From Candidatus Woesearchaeota archaeon (GTDB lineage: Archaea > Nanobdellota > Nanobdellia > UBA10117 > JABICX01): a stretch of 64,000 nucleotides of DNA. The notes under the pieces are model-generated. The model saw only the letters and a program-made list of their open reading frames with translations. It ran no database searches and had not been told where the DNA came from. The stretch spans positions 6,293 to 70,292 of the forward strand of contig JABICX010000017.1 in assembly GCA_018652045.1 (NCBI GenBank), in the 5' to 3' direction. Below are positions 1-10,304 of this stretch, in pieces; position 1 is the stretch's first letter; the number at the start of each line of letters is the position of its first letter. The position numbers and the translations under genes were made by a program.

Positions 1-251
1 ATAATCTTGTCAAAGTCGTTGCGCTTAGCATTTTCTTTGATGATCTTTATGAAACGCTTATTCAACTCCAGAGCATAAACTTTCTTTGCTCCAGACTGTG
101 CAGCAAACATAGCAAGTATACCTGTGCCACTGCCCGCATCAACCACTACGTCGCCTGGCTTGACAACCTTATGTATTGCTCGCTTAAAACGTCGAGTTCT
201 CTCTTGATCGTATAAACAAAGATTGACCTCATACGGAGTAAAGTTCACCAT
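1..251 (-). CDS. Class I SAM-dependent methyltransferase, N-terminal part; gene continues past the window start
   Basis: Reverse-strand translation from ATG at 249-251 reads MVNFTPYEVNLCLYDQERTRRFKRAIHKVVKPGDVVVDAGSGTGILAMFAAQSGAKKVYALELN. It contains the methyltransferase motif I (VVDAGSGTG). The ORF runs off the window edge. Confidence 0.6.
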   Translation of the reverse strand, partial: MVNFTPYEVNLCLYDQERTRRFKRAIHKVVKPGDVVVDAGSGTGILAMFAAQSGAKKVYALELNKRFIKIIKENAKRNDFDKI

Positions 252-252
252 T

Positions 253-1119
253 TTAATAATTGTAATACTTTGAATCTGTAACTGTCTTGTATACTTCCAT
301 TAAATTATGTGGAAGATCTTTTTCTATACGATACTTCTTTGGCAGAAGCTTCACATCCACTCTTCTTTCGTTAACATCTTTGGACCGATAGTATCGCTCG
401 ACACCTAATGCATCCAGTATCTGCTCATCCGGTTCAATAAAGATTACGCCTTCATTAAGATTCAAGTTATCCAAATCATATATGATAAAAAAGATTAGTA
501 GAATTATTGGTGGAAAAATCGTTGGAAGCACCATTGTAATTGGATCAGTAGTTCGTTGAAGAAATGTTGAAACGACAATGGCGATAGAAAGAGAAGATAT
601 TAATATCCATTCTGCAGATCCAAGAGACTCTTTCCCAATAATAAATATCTTCTGACCCGTTGCACTTACGACTTCTAGTGAATTAGACAATCTATTCAAG
701 ATCACTGAGTCTGTTTCTTTTTTAACTTGTATCATCTTAAGTGTGTCATATATCTTGTAGAGATACGGTGTTGACTTTTCTTGCTCAACAACATCTATAG
801 AAATACATGAAATAACATACTCTTCAATAAACTTACGTATCTTACTTTTGAAGCGTTCGTTGTGTGAGAAAGTATCTACATATTTAACCACGTTCTGCAT
901 GGCTGCGCTATGCCCTGCCATAAGCTCACGCATGAGTACGTGACGATTCCAGAGACCTGATATGTAAAAACTTACAATCAAACCAAAAAGTATTCCGATA
1001 ATCGTAAGCATAAGTGTAACAACTTCTGTAGAGAACGCCACTAAAGGTAATCTCCTAGATATAAAATAAAACACTGGGAAGCTCAGTCCAAAGATCAACA
1101 ACGTTCTCCAGGATTTCAT
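253..1119 (-). CDS. Hypothetical polytopic membrane protein
   Basis: ORF 253..1260. It is trimmed to the internal Met (MKSWRTLL) at 1119 because the longer N-terminus overlaps kae1 on the other strand. Several hydrophobic segments. Confidence 0.5.
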   Translation of the reverse strand: MKSWRTLLIFGLSFPVFYFISRRLPLVAFSTEVVTLMLTIIGILFGLIVSFYISGLWNRHVLMRELMAGHSAAMQNVVKYVDTFSHNERFKSKIRKFIEEYVISCISIDVVEQEKSTPYLYKIYDTLKMIQVKKETDSVILNRLSNSLEVVSATGQKIFIIGKESLGSAEWILISSLSIAIVVSTFLQRTTDPITMVLPTIFPPIILLIFFIIYDLDNLNLNEGVIFIEPDEQILDALGVERYYRSKDVNERRVDVKLLPKKYRIEKDLPHNLMEVYKTVTDSKYYNY

Positions 1120-1153
1120 AAGTCTTAAATGTCTTTTGTAGTATATAATTCTT

Positions 1154-2131
1154 ATGCTATGTTTAGGAATAGAATCAACCGCCCATACACTTGGCATAGG
1201 TATAGTCAACGAAAAAGGTACGGTTTTAGCTAACGAAAAATCTACTTTTACAACCGACAAAGGTGGTATTCACCCGAGCAAAGCAGCTCAGCACCACGTT
1301 CTTATGTATCCCTTTGTTCTTGATAGGACGCTGAAAGCTGCTAAGATTCAGCTGAAAGATGTTGGCATCGTAGCGTTCTCACAAGGGCCGGGTCTCGGTG
1401 CCTGTCTTAGAACAGGTGCAGTTGCAGCACGTTCCCTTGCAAGTCTTCTCAAAGTTCCACTAATTGGAGTTAACCACTGCATCGCACATATTGAGATTGG
1501 AAAACTCACCTCTGGATTCAAAGATCCAATCACACTCTATGTCTCAGGTGCTAACACACAAATACTCGCACTTGCGTCAGGCAGATATCGAGTCTTCGGA
1601 GAAACACTGGACATTGGAGTTGGAAACTTCTTAGATGTGATTGGCAGAGCTATGAATATGGGATTTCCTGCCGGACCTACGATCGATAAACTTGCTAAAA
1701 AAAGCAAGACTTACATCGAACTACCATACACAATCAAAGGTATGGACTTTGCGTTCTCCGGGATCCAAACAAAAGTTGAACAGTTAGTTCAAAGCGGAAA
1801 ACACGAAACTGAAGATTTATGTTTCTCAGCGCAAGAGACTGTCTTTGCAGAACTAACTGAAGCAACGGAGCGAGCTATTGCGCACATTAACAAAAAAGAA
1901 ATCCTTCTAACCGGTGGAGTTGCAGCAAACTCTCGCCTTCAAGAGATGCTAAAAATTATGTCCAAAGAACGTGGCGTCAAGTTTGCAGTTGTCCCGATGA
2001 GTCTAGCTGGAGACAACGGCGCAATGATTGCCTGGCAAGGTATTCTAGAACACCGCGCAGGTTACAAAATGGATGACTCACGAGTTGAACAGAACTGGCG
2101 CACCGATGATGTTGACGTAAACTGGATTTGA
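1154..2131 (+). CDS. kae1: tRNA N6-adenosine threonylcarbamoyltransferase Kae1 (KEOPS catalytic subunit)
   Basis: 325 aa with the Kae1/TsaD hallmarks (GIESTAHTLGIGIV, HCIAHIEIG, GGVAANSRL). No fused Bud32 kinase domain. Confidence 0.9.
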   Translation: MLCLGIESTAHTLGIGIVNEKGTVLANEKSTFTTDKGGIHPSKAAQHHVLMYPFVLDRTLKAAKIQLKDVGIVAFSQGPGLGACLRTGAVAARSLASLLKVPLIGVNHCIAHIEIGKLTSGFKDPITLYVSGANTQILALASGRYRVFGETLDIGVGNFLDVIGRAMNMGFPAGPTIDKLAKKSKTYIELPYTIKGMDFAFSGIQTKVEQLVQSGKHETEDLCFSAQETVFAELTEATERAIAHINKKEILLTGGVAANSRLQEMLKIMSKERGVKFAVVPMSLAGDNGAMIAWQGILEHRAGYKMDDSRVEQNWRTDDVDVNWI

Positions 2132-2184
2132 ACTGTACACCCGAAACTATAATCTCTTAAAAATCAGATGCAGTAATTATACTC

Positions 2185-4296
2185 ATGAAGCCGTTAGGTA
2201 ATATCTTCGGTAGAACTACCACTCACGATTTTAGGTTCAAGGTAGAGAATCTTGTCAAAAAATGGGATTACATTGTTGCAAACCACCTGGAGGTAGGTCC
2301 AGTTCTTTCACAAGTTCTAGAAATTGAGGCAGGTGGACAACAGACAACTGCGATATGTTCTATAGTTGGTTATCGAAATGAGCGAGGTTTACTTAGAAAA
2401 CCGCGTACACCTCTCGCACACGGAACACAGATTTTCCCAGCAAATGATTATTACATCTCAAATATCATTGGTATCAAAAAAGAAGGGCTATACTTAGGTT
2501 TTCTTGAAGGTAAGGACAAACTCAAAGCATATATTGATCCAAAAAAATTAGTTACAAAGCATCTTGCAGTTTTAGCGAAAAGCGGTGGAGGTAAATCCTA
2601 CACTATTGGAGTTCTACTTGAAGAACTCGCTAACTATGGAATCCCTTGTATTGTAATTGATCCACATGGCGAGTACTCAAACATAAAGTATCCTAACGAC
2701 AACAAAGATGACGAGAAGTACTTCAAAATATATGGTGTAACTCCAAAGGGTTTCGCGAATATTGTAAAAGAGTTTACTATTAATACGGAAATAAACCGTG
2801 ATGCTACGCAATTAAAGCTCGCGATACCTCAAGAAGCATATGGCATAATTCAATCAATGCCGTTCAAGATATCTGCAGGACAGACTGGATTAATACACAA
2901 TACAGTAAATCAACTACAAGAAACCAAATCCAAAATAAGTTTTGAAGACATTATCGAAGAACTAAACTTAATCGAATCCAATGCAAAATGGAACATCATC
3001 TCCGGACTTCAGCAACTAATCAAGACAAACTTATTCTCATTTAGTCCGACAAAGGTAACTGACTTAATCAGACCAAATCGGCTTTCTATTATCAATCTCA
3101 AAGGGTCTCCACCCGAGCTACAGCAAATAGCGGTAAAATCTCTACTTAATGAACTTTTTGAAAAACGAAAGCGCGAAGAAGTCCCGCCGTTCTTTATGAT
3201 CATAGAAGAAGCGCACAACTTCTGTCCCGAACGTGGTTATGGTGAAGCGAAATCATCTGGAATAATCAGAACTATTGCAGCAGAAGGCCGAAAGTTCGGT
3301 TTAGGATTAAGTGTAATCACGCAGAGGCCTGCACGTGTTGACAAATCTGTCCTAAGTCAGTGTACTAGTCAGATTGCAATGCAAGTTTCTAATCCAGGTG
3401 ACTTAAAGGCCATCTCAAACTCATTTGAGGGAATAACTACTGAAACTGAACGGGAGATTCGAAACTTACCTGTCGGAAAAGCATTACTTGTTGGTGCAAC
3501 AGATTACCCTGTATTTGTCGATATTCGCGTACGACGAAGCCAACACGGTGGACGCGCAAAGACGTTTGATCTAAATAAATCTGTAAGCGATTACAAACCA
3601 ACTAAAGCAGAAACAAAGGTAGAAGCAGACGTCACACCAAACGTTGCGCGGAAAAGTTTTGCTAAAAAATCCGCTTACATTTTTGAGCCAAAGATCGGAA
3701 TTAAAGAGATTAAGACGCTAGAAAAATCTGATATAAAAAACATCACAGTAGTACTCAATCCATGTTTGCTAGCAAACTGCTCAGCAGGTAATCGCACATT
3801 TGATATCTTATTTGACCTACATAACATGCATATATTCTCACTCACAGATAAGCTTACAGCTATTCGACTCCCAACCAACGTATCTAATCTATCTCCTGTT
3901 CAAAAGCAGGTCCTTGACCTTGTAAGTCAGACCTCACCAACAACTATCTCAGAGGTCTTTGCTAAAACGGGTTTAGGTTTTAGTCAGGCGTCTGGCACCG
4001 TCAGTTCATTAGCTAGAATGAAACTCTTATCTGTATCTGGCAATAAGATTAGCGTTAATAATGATATGACTGCCAACTTCCAAAAAGTATCATTCCCATT
4101 AAGACCTAAATACATGGACTTACCTGATGCGGAAAAGCTGCCAATTAAGGTTAAAGAAAATCAACTTAAAGGTTTCCTTAACGCATTTGGAATCAAGATC
4201 AATTCTAAAAAAGCTTGCTGGCTGCCATTCTATCAAGTTAAAACAGACTCTGATGAAAAAATACTTGACAGCATATCTTACAGCTTAAGCTTATGA
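2185..4296 (+). CDS. HerA/DUF87-type P-loop ATPase (FtsK-HerA superfamily) with ~240-aa C-terminal extension
   Basis: Walker A (LAKSGGGKSYTIG), Walker B-like (FFMIIEEAHNF) and the conserved QRP motif (SVITQRPARVDKSVLSQC). The C-terminal third is not part of the ATPase core. Confidence 0.65.
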   Translation: MKPLGNIFGRTTTHDFRFKVENLVKKWDYIVANHLEVGPVLSQVLEIEAGGQQTTAICSIVGYRNERGLLRKPRTPLAHGTQIFPANDYYISNIIGIKKEGLYLGFLEGKDKLKAYIDPKKLVTKHLAVLAKSGGGKSYTIGVLLEELANYGIPCIVIDPHGEYSNIKYPNDNKDDEKYFKIYGVTPKGFANIVKEFTINTEINRDATQLKLAIPQEAYGIIQSMPFKISAGQTGLIHNTVNQLQETKSKISFEDIIEELNLIESNAKWNIISGLQQLIKTNLFSFSPTKVTDLIRPNRLSIINLKGSPPELQQIAVKSLLNELFEKRKREEVPPFFMIIEEAHNFCPERGYGEAKSSGIIRTIAAEGRKFGLGLSVITQRPARVDKSVLSQCTSQIAMQVSNPGDLKAISNSFEGITTETEREIRNLPVGKALLVGATDYPVFVDIRVRRSQHGGRAKTFDLNKSVSDYKPTKAETKVEADVTPNVARKSFAKKSAYIFEPKIGIKEIKTLEKSDIKNITVVLNPCLLANCSAGNRTFDILFDLHNMHIFSLTDKLTAIRLPTNVSNLSPVQKQVLDLVSQTSPTTISEVFAKTGLGFSQASGTVSSLARMKLLSVSGNKISVNNDMTANFQKVSFPLRPKYMDLPDAEKLPIKVKENQLKGFLNAFGIKINSKKACWLPFYQVKTDSDEKILDSISYSLSL

Positions 4297-4733
4297 TATG
4301 TAACATAACCAACCACTACTACGAATATTAATGTTGTAGCTAGGTGAAATGGTATAAATATACTCCAAGGTATTGCTATCTTAATCGCGCCAATCTTCCA
4401 AAGAATCAAGTTACCGCTCTTAATTGAAAACCAACTAATCCAAGCCAGACCCCATACTGAGATCGGTAGGATAAATGTAGCGAATCCAGTGAAAATCGCG
4501 AATTTCTTGAACGTCATTGAATTACTTTCAACAAGTCGGTATGCTGCCAACAAACTTAAGAAGATAAATAGACCAACAAGCGTCAGAAATCCAAAGTAAA
4601 AGTCATCAGATAACTCCAAACTATGCATGGCGTCTAGATGCCCTAAGAAGTAAAAAAGGAGTGTATATGATAATACAAAGAGCAAGAACGGCTTTGTATT
4701 TAGCGTCTTCTTTGCCATGCTATTCATTACCAC
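4278..4733 (-). CDS. Hypothetical small membrane protein (4 predicted TM helices)
   Basis: 151-aa ORF with hydrophobic segments. Convergent with the herA-like gene and overlaps its end by 19 nt. Confidence 0.45.
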   Translation of the reverse strand: MVMNSMAKKTLNTKPFLLFVLSYTLLFYFLGHLDAMHSLELSDDFYFGFLTLVGLFIFLSLLAAYRLVESNSMTFKKFAIFTGFATFILPISVWGLAWISWFSIKSGNLILWKIGAIKIAIPWSIFIPFHLATTLIFVVVVGYVTYHKLKL

Positions 4734-4830
4734 AACATTTATAAAAGCATATTGGAAATCCCAATTAACTGCTTAGGCAGAAGGCGTCAGCCGAAAAGAG
4801 TTGTAGTCTTTCTGTTAGCAGAATTATATA

Positions 4831-5475
4831 ATGGACAAGCAAAAAATCCTTGACGCAATCAAAAAAGTGAAAGAAAGTTCAAAAGAGCGTAAGTTTTCAC
4901 AGTCAATCGACTTGATCATTAATCTCAAAGACTTTGATATCAAGAAAGAAGCAAAAGTTGAAGAGTTCTTAAGACTGCCAAATGGTCGTGGAAAAGATGC
5001 GACAATCTGTGCGTTAATTGGCCCTGAGATGAAAGCCTCTGCCAAGATATGTGATGAAGCAGTAATCACAGACAATTTCTCAAAATACAGTGACTCAAGA
5101 AAGAGTCGAAAACTAGCTAGAAAATATGATTTCTTTATTGGTCAAGCAACAATAATGCCTCAGATCGCGCAAGCATTTGGAAAATACTTTGGTCCAATTG
5201 GAAAAATGCCAAATCCAAAGGGTGGACAGATAGTACCTCCAAACGCGAACCTTGAACCAATAGTTAATATCTTGAAAAATACATCCAAGATCATTGTCTC
5301 CAAAGTCCCAGTTGCTAGCTGTAGAATTGGTGACGAAAAATTAGATGAAACGAAGCTAGCTGAAAACATTATATTTGCAATAGATCACCTTGAACATGCA
5401 CTTCCTAGAGGTAAAGCGAATATCAAGAACATCATAATCAAAACAACTATGGGAGCTCCCGTAAGAGTAGAGTAA
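4831..5475 (+). CDS. rpl1: 50S ribosomal protein uL1
   Basis: 214 aa. Position directly before uL10 and length match archaeal L1; conserved L1-like N-terminus (KERKFSQSIDLIINLKD). Confidence 0.85.
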   Translation: MDKQKILDAIKKVKESSKERKFSQSIDLIINLKDFDIKKEAKVEEFLRLPNGRGKDATICALIGPEMKASAKICDEAVITDNFSKYSDSRKSRKLARKYDFFIGQATIMPQIAQAFGKYFGPIGKMPNPKGGQIVPPNANLEPIVNILKNTSKIIVSKVPVASCRIGDEKLDETKLAENIIFAIDHLEHALPRGKANIKNIIIKTTMGAPVRVE

Positions 5476-6486
5476 ATGGAAAAACCACAAGCACATGTAC
5501 AACAATGGAAGAAAGACTTAGTTAGTCAGATATCTACAGAACTTCCAAAATACACAACTGTAGCGATAATCAATCTCGAGAATCTCCCAAGTAGAGAGAG
5601 TCAGATCATAAGATCAAAGATAAAAAATGATATTAAACTTATCATAACTCGAAAAAGATTGATTCGACTCGCACTAGAAACTTGTGGGAAGACAAAATTA
5701 AAGCAGCTTGGCGATCATCTGAAAGGTATGCCTGCGATCATTCTTACTAACAAAAACGCGTTTGAGTTATTCAGAATCTTAAAAGAAAACATGACATCTG
5801 CTCCAGCAAAGACAGGCCAGATTGCTCCAGAAGACATCTGGGTAAAAGAAGGTCCAACTCCGTTTGCACCAGGTCCAATTATTGGAGATCTCGGTGCTGC
5901 GAATATTGTTGCAGGAATCGATGGTGGAAAGGTTGTAGTCAAGAAAGACTCGCTAGTTGTCAAAGAAGGCGAACCAATTCCGGCTGCTGCAGCAAGCATA
6001 CTAACTCGATTAGATATCAAACCAATGAAGGTTGGACTAAACTTAGTCGTTGCTGTTGAAGAAGGTCAACTATTCGAACGCAAAGTCTTGAATATTGATA
6101 TGGATGAATACACTCAGAATCTTAAAAATGCAATCCTCGATGCCAGGAAACTGGCTCTCGGTGCAAATATTCTTAATGCAGAAACTGCTGTAATCAAAGT
6201 ACAAGAAGCACATATGGATGCTAAGAAACTCGCAATGGGTGCGGAAATACTTTGTGACGAAACAAAGGAATACTTGATAAAGAAAGCAGAAGCTCAAGCT
6301 AATGCCCTTGAATCTAAAGTACCTGCTGTTATAGATACACCTAAGAAAGAAACCAAACCTGAAACAGAAGAAATTCAAGAATCACAATCTGAAACTTCAG
6401 AAACTGAAGTTAAATCAGAAGAATCTGAAAAGGCTCCTACTAACGTAGAAGCTAAAGCAGATGATAATCCAAAAGGAGAACAATAA
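5476..6486 (+). CDS. rpl10: 50S ribosomal protein uL10 (acidic stalk protein P0)
   Basis: 336 aa. The start codon abuts the L1 stop. P0-like N-terminus and an acidic, Glu-rich C-terminal tail. Confidence 0.85.
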   Translation: MEKPQAHVQQWKKDLVSQISTELPKYTTVAIINLENLPSRESQIIRSKIKNDIKLIITRKRLIRLALETCGKTKLKQLGDHLKGMPAIILTNKNAFELFRILKENMTSAPAKTGQIAPEDIWVKEGPTPFAPGPIIGDLGAANIVAGIDGGKVVVKKDSLVVKEGEPIPAAAASILTRLDIKPMKVGLNLVVAVEEGQLFERKVLNIDMDEYTQNLKNAILDARKLALGANILNAETAVIKVQEAHMDAKKLAMGAEILCDETKEYLIKKAEAQANALESKVPAVIDTPKKETKPETEEIQESQSETSETEVKSEESEKAPTNVEAKADDNPKGEQ

Positions 6487-6487
6487 A

Positions 6488-6793
6488 ATGGAATACCTAT
6501 ATGCGGCTCTGTTACTGCACAAAGCAGGACAGAAGATAACCGAAGAAAACCTAAAGAAGACATTGACTGCTGCAGGCGTAAAAGCTGATGATGCAAGAGT
6601 CAAAGCTACTACAACTGCCCTAAACGATGTAGATATTGACAAGACCATCGCTGAAACAACTGTTGCTGCTGCACCAGTTGCAAGTGGTGCTGCACCCGCA
6701 AACGAAGCCCCAAAGAAAGAAGAAAAGAAAGAAGAAGACAAGGGAGCTAGCGTAGAGGAAGCAGCTGCAGGTCTAGGCGCATTGTTCGGCTAA
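6488..6793 (+). CDS. rpl12: 50S ribosomal stalk protein P1 (aL12)
   Basis: Starts at MEYLYAALLLHKAGQ and ends EEAAAGLGALFG, the conserved archaeal P1 tail. The ATG lies 2 nt after the P0 stop. Confidence 0.9.
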   Translation: MEYLYAALLLHKAGQKITEENLKKTLTAAGVKADDARVKATTTALNDVDIDKTIAETTVAAAPVASGAAPANEAPKKEEKKEEDKGASVEEAAAGLGALFG

Positions 6794-6837
6794 GCAGACA
6801 TGTCAAAGAAAGGGGGCGTAAGCCTCTTTTTTTAACA

Positions 6838-7713
6838 ATGACTCCAAAAAAGGGAGATACAAAAGTGGAAAACAACGTTGAGGTAGAACAGAAAGCAAAA
6901 AATCTAAGAAAAGACATACAAACAATTAGTGCAAACCTTAAGGAACTTGGCGGACAAAAGGAAAAGCATTACCAACAAAAAAACGACTTAGATAAACAAC
7001 TTAATTCTTTAATTAGTAAAGCTAAAGAGCTCAAAGACCAAAAAGCTGAAATCGATAAGAAGATTATTACCTTGAAGAAAAATCGTGAGGAATCTAATAA
7101 GCGATTCAATCAATCACTTGTTGAGATCAATGATGAAAAGAGAGAACGAAGAAAACATAATGTTCCGTCATCAGGTCCAATTAGAAAGCAGATAAAAGAT
7201 CTAGAATATAACATGCAAACAGAAGCGCTAAGCTTCAATAAAGAAAAGAAAATCATGGATCAGATCAAAAAGCTCAAAGTAGATCTTAACAAGATTTTAG
7301 CACATGAAGAAGGTTTGAAATCTTCCAGAACAAAGTTCAACGACGCCCGAGTTGTTAAAAAACAAGCTGACGATATACACAGTGAGATACAGAAACTTGC
7401 GCAAGAGAGCTCAAAAATCTTTGAGGACCTAACAAAGCTGTCAAAAGACATTGCAAATATAAAGGCGCAAAGAAACACCGTACAACTGGTTCTTAAGAAC
7501 CTAAAAGGTCAGATTAGTCAGATGAATCAGAAACTAAGCAAAATTCTGAAAGACTGGTCTGGAGTCGCAGATAAGGTTGTTCTTAATCCAGCTAGACGCA
7601 GTATATCTGCAATACATAAGAAAACTGAAGAAGTCAAAGACAAGCTTAAGTCTAAGAAAAAGCTAACAACTGAAGACATTCTTCTACTACAAAGAGAGGC
7701 TATGCGAAGATAG
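6838..7713 (+). CDS. Uncharacterized archaeal coiled-coil protein (COG1340-like)
   Basis: 291 aa, K/E/Q-rich with heptad-like low-complexity sequence throughout. No enzymatic motifs. Confidence 0.55.
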   Translation: MTPKKGDTKVENNVEVEQKAKNLRKDIQTISANLKELGGQKEKHYQQKNDLDKQLNSLISKAKELKDQKAEIDKKIITLKKNREESNKRFNQSLVEINDEKRERRKHNVPSSGPIRKQIKDLEYNMQTEALSFNKEKKIMDQIKKLKVDLNKILAHEEGLKSSRTKFNDARVVKKQADDIHSEIQKLAQESSKIFEDLTKLSKDIANIKAQRNTVQLVLKNLKGQISQMNQKLSKILKDWSGVADKVVLNPARRSISAIHKKTEEVKDKLKSKKKLTTEDILLLQREAMRR

Positions 7714-9485
7714 CTATTCTAAAACAGCTTTAATACGTCTAACACCTGCAGAGCTAGACTTCTCTTTTACAATTTTAAATTGACCTAGTACGCCTGTCTT
7801 GTTAACATGTGGGCCTAAGCAAATCTCTTTTGATATGCCTTTGATAGTATAAACCTTAACTTTAGCGCCATACTTATGTGTAAAAACGCCCTGTGCACCT
7901 GCCTTTTTAGCATCAGCAACACTCATCTCTTCCATAGTAACCGGCACGTCCTGCTTAATCCATTTATTTACTATATCTTCTGACTTCTTTAGCTGCTCAG
8001 GAGTCATCTTTTCTCCCCAGTTAAAGTCAAACCGCAGTCTCTCTGCAGTTAAGTTACTTCCTTTCTGAGTTACCTTTGGACCCAAGACCTTTTGAAGTGC
8101 AGATAGAAGCATGTGATTTACAGTATGATACTTGATAACCATCTCAGAATGATCTGCAAGTCCAGATACAAACTTCTTACTCTGGCCCTTCTTTGAGACC
8201 TCTCTATGCTTAGCAAACTCTCGTTCATAGCCATTTTCATCGATCTTAAAGCCTTTTTCAGCAGCAAGCTCTCGCGTTAACTCCATGGGGAATCCATAGG
8301 TATCATATAGATGAAAAACATCAACTCCTCGCAAGGTCTTCCCCTTAGTTGTCTGCATAAGCTGCGCCAGCAAACGACTTCCTTTCTCCAAGGTCTTGTT
8401 AAAGTTATCATATTCATTGCCAATGATACCTGCTATCTGCTTACTATTTCGTTGTAAGTAAGGGTATTCTTTCTTAAAATCATCAATTACAAAGCGCACT
8501 AGTTGTTTAATTCCGGACCGATCTATTCCAAGTTGCTTAGAATAACGTACCATACGCCGAATTATACGTCTAAGCACATATCCTTGATCTTTTCTAGCCG
8601 GCGTTACACCCTCTCCAGCAATAAAAGTCGATGCTCGAACATGATCTGCAACTATTCGCATAGCTTTCTTGTTGTGTGTGTAATTCTTACTAGATAGCTT
8701 CTCAATCTGTTGTATCAAAGGTTTAAAAATAGTTGTCGTAAAAACATCATTAGTACCTTGCAACACTCCAACAATCCGCTCAAAACCTGCGCCTGCGTCA
8801 ATACTCTTAAGTTTAAGTGAAGTTAGCTTGCCTGCAGCGTTCCGATTATAACTTATCTGAACACATGGATTCCATATCTCCATAAACCTACCACAATCAC
8901 AGGTAGGATTACAACTCTTCTTACCACAGCCTTTGGATGCTCCAAAATCATAGTGCATTTCAGAAGTTGGTCCGCACGGTCCAGTCTTGCCACTTACCCA
9001 GAAAACCTCTTCAGCATCTGCTAAAAAAATACGCTCTCGAGGTATACCAATCTTTTGCCAGGCAGCAAACATATTGTCATCACGTCCCAATCCTAGCTTC
9101 TTATCTCCCTTAAAAACAGTAGCCCAAAGCTTGTTCTTATTCATACCATACTTCTTAACTAAAAGATCGTAAGCAAACTGTGCAGCTTCAGTAACACCAT
9201 AGTCACCAATCGACCAGTTTCCAAGCATAAAGAAAAACGTGAGATGCTTATTATCACCAACATCATCAATGTCGCCCGTTCGAACGCACTTCTGACTGTT
9301 GTATAACCTACTTGCAGGTGGTTTTTGCAACCCCATAAACAAAGGCTTCAATGGCTGCATGCCTGAGTTAATGAAAAGTGAGCTAGTATCATGTTCAGGT
9401 GGAATTAAAGGTACATCTGGAAGCTTCTTATGCTTTAAGCTAGAAAAGTGTTCGAAAAATAACCTTTTGACATCTACATGATCCA
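7714..9485 (-). CDS. alaS: Alanyl-tRNA synthetase, compact form lacking the C-Ala domain
   Basis: Class II AlaRS catalytic motifs (FINSGM, QKCVRTGDIDDVG, HLTFFFMLGNWS, GPCGPTSEMHYDFG, DAGAGFERI). Editing-domain motifs (HTVNH, CLGPHV, GVRRIKAV). Start set at MDHVDVK (9485) because the upstream in-frame extension overlaps rpl11. Confidence 0.85.
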
Positions 9486-9532
9486 TATTAAACCTCCAAA
9501 ACATAATATAAAACACTTGCGCGCCAGGAGGA

Positions 9533-10255
9533 TTACTCCTTAGCGGCCGCAGCTGGTGCAGCTTCTTCTTTCTTCTCGCCTTCAGCAGATTTCTCGCCTT
9601 CAGCAGCTGGCTTAGCCTCACCCTCAACAGGTGCTGGTGCAGCAGCAGCTTCTTCTGCAGCCTCTTCAGCAGCTTCCTTAGCATCTTCTGCACGGTGCTC
9701 TGCGATCTCCGCTTGCATCTCAACTTGCTTTGCCTTCATCTCTGCAGCTGAGTGCTCTTCTAGCTTCTTCTTACCAGTAATTCTAGCTTCCCACTCATTT
9801 TTTTCCTTAACTGCTTTAATTGCATCTATTGGCATTAATCCTTCAACCTTAATACCCATAGAAGTACATGTTCCAATAAGCTCAAGAACAGCTGCTTTCA
9901 TATCTGAAGCATTTAAGCTATCGAACTTGATTCTAGCAACCTTGATTATGTTATCAATTGGTATATCTGCAACCATCTCTCGCTGTGCTTTTCCAGATGC
10001 TTTCTGTAATCCCAATTCTTTCTTAATCAGCGCAGCTGTTGGTGGCGTACCAATAGAAATCTCAAATGACTTATCGTCTTTGTTGATTGTAACCTTAACT
10101 GGCACCTGCATTCCATTCATTTCAGCAGTCTTTTCATTGATTGCGTCAACTACTTTATTTACTGGAATACCTGTAGGACCTAACTTAGGACCTAGAGGTG
10201 GACCTGCGGACGCCTTCCCACCATTTACCAGCAAATCAATTGTCTCAGTTGCCAT
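9533..10255 (-). CDS. rpl11: 50S ribosomal protein uL11 with ~80-aa Ala/Glu/Lys-rich C-terminal extension
   Basis: The N-terminal 160 aa are typical L11 (PPLGPKLGPTGIPVNKVV, KDDKSFEISIGTPP). The C-terminus is a low-complexity AEEAAEEAAAAPAPVEGEAKPAAEGEK tail. Confidence 0.85.
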   Translation of the reverse strand: MATETIDLLVNGGKASAGPPLGPKLGPTGIPVNKVVDAINEKTAEMNGMQVPVKVTINKDDKSFEISIGTPPTAALIKKELGLQKASGKAQREMVADIPIDNIIKVARIKFDSLNASDMKAAVLELIGTCTSMGIKVEGLMPIDAIKAVKEKNEWEARITGKKKLEEHSAAEMKAKQVEMQAEIAEHRAEDAKEAAEEAAEEAAAAPAPVEGEAKPAAEGEKSAEGEKKEEAAPAAAAKE

Positions 10256-10304
10256 TGTTAGACCTATTTCGAGTCCTTTTTAAGCTTTATGTTACATATA
10301 GACG

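Noticed and set aside
1348-1533. Minus-strand ORF inside kae1
   Set aside because: Fully nested antisense to a high-confidence gene; low-complexity Pro/Ala-rich translation typical of antisense ORFs. The same reasoning applies to the many other short nested ORFs in the track (e.g. 3009..3218, 5715..6020, 14014..14310, 22004..22270, 48370..48705, 52014..52271).
9486-9723. In-frame N-terminal extension of the AlaRS ORF (MRCKRRSQ...), highly basic
   Set aside because: It overlaps the rpl11 coding region on the same strand in another frame. AlaRS conserved sequence begins at MDHVDVK, so the extension is treated as an artifact of ORF calling.
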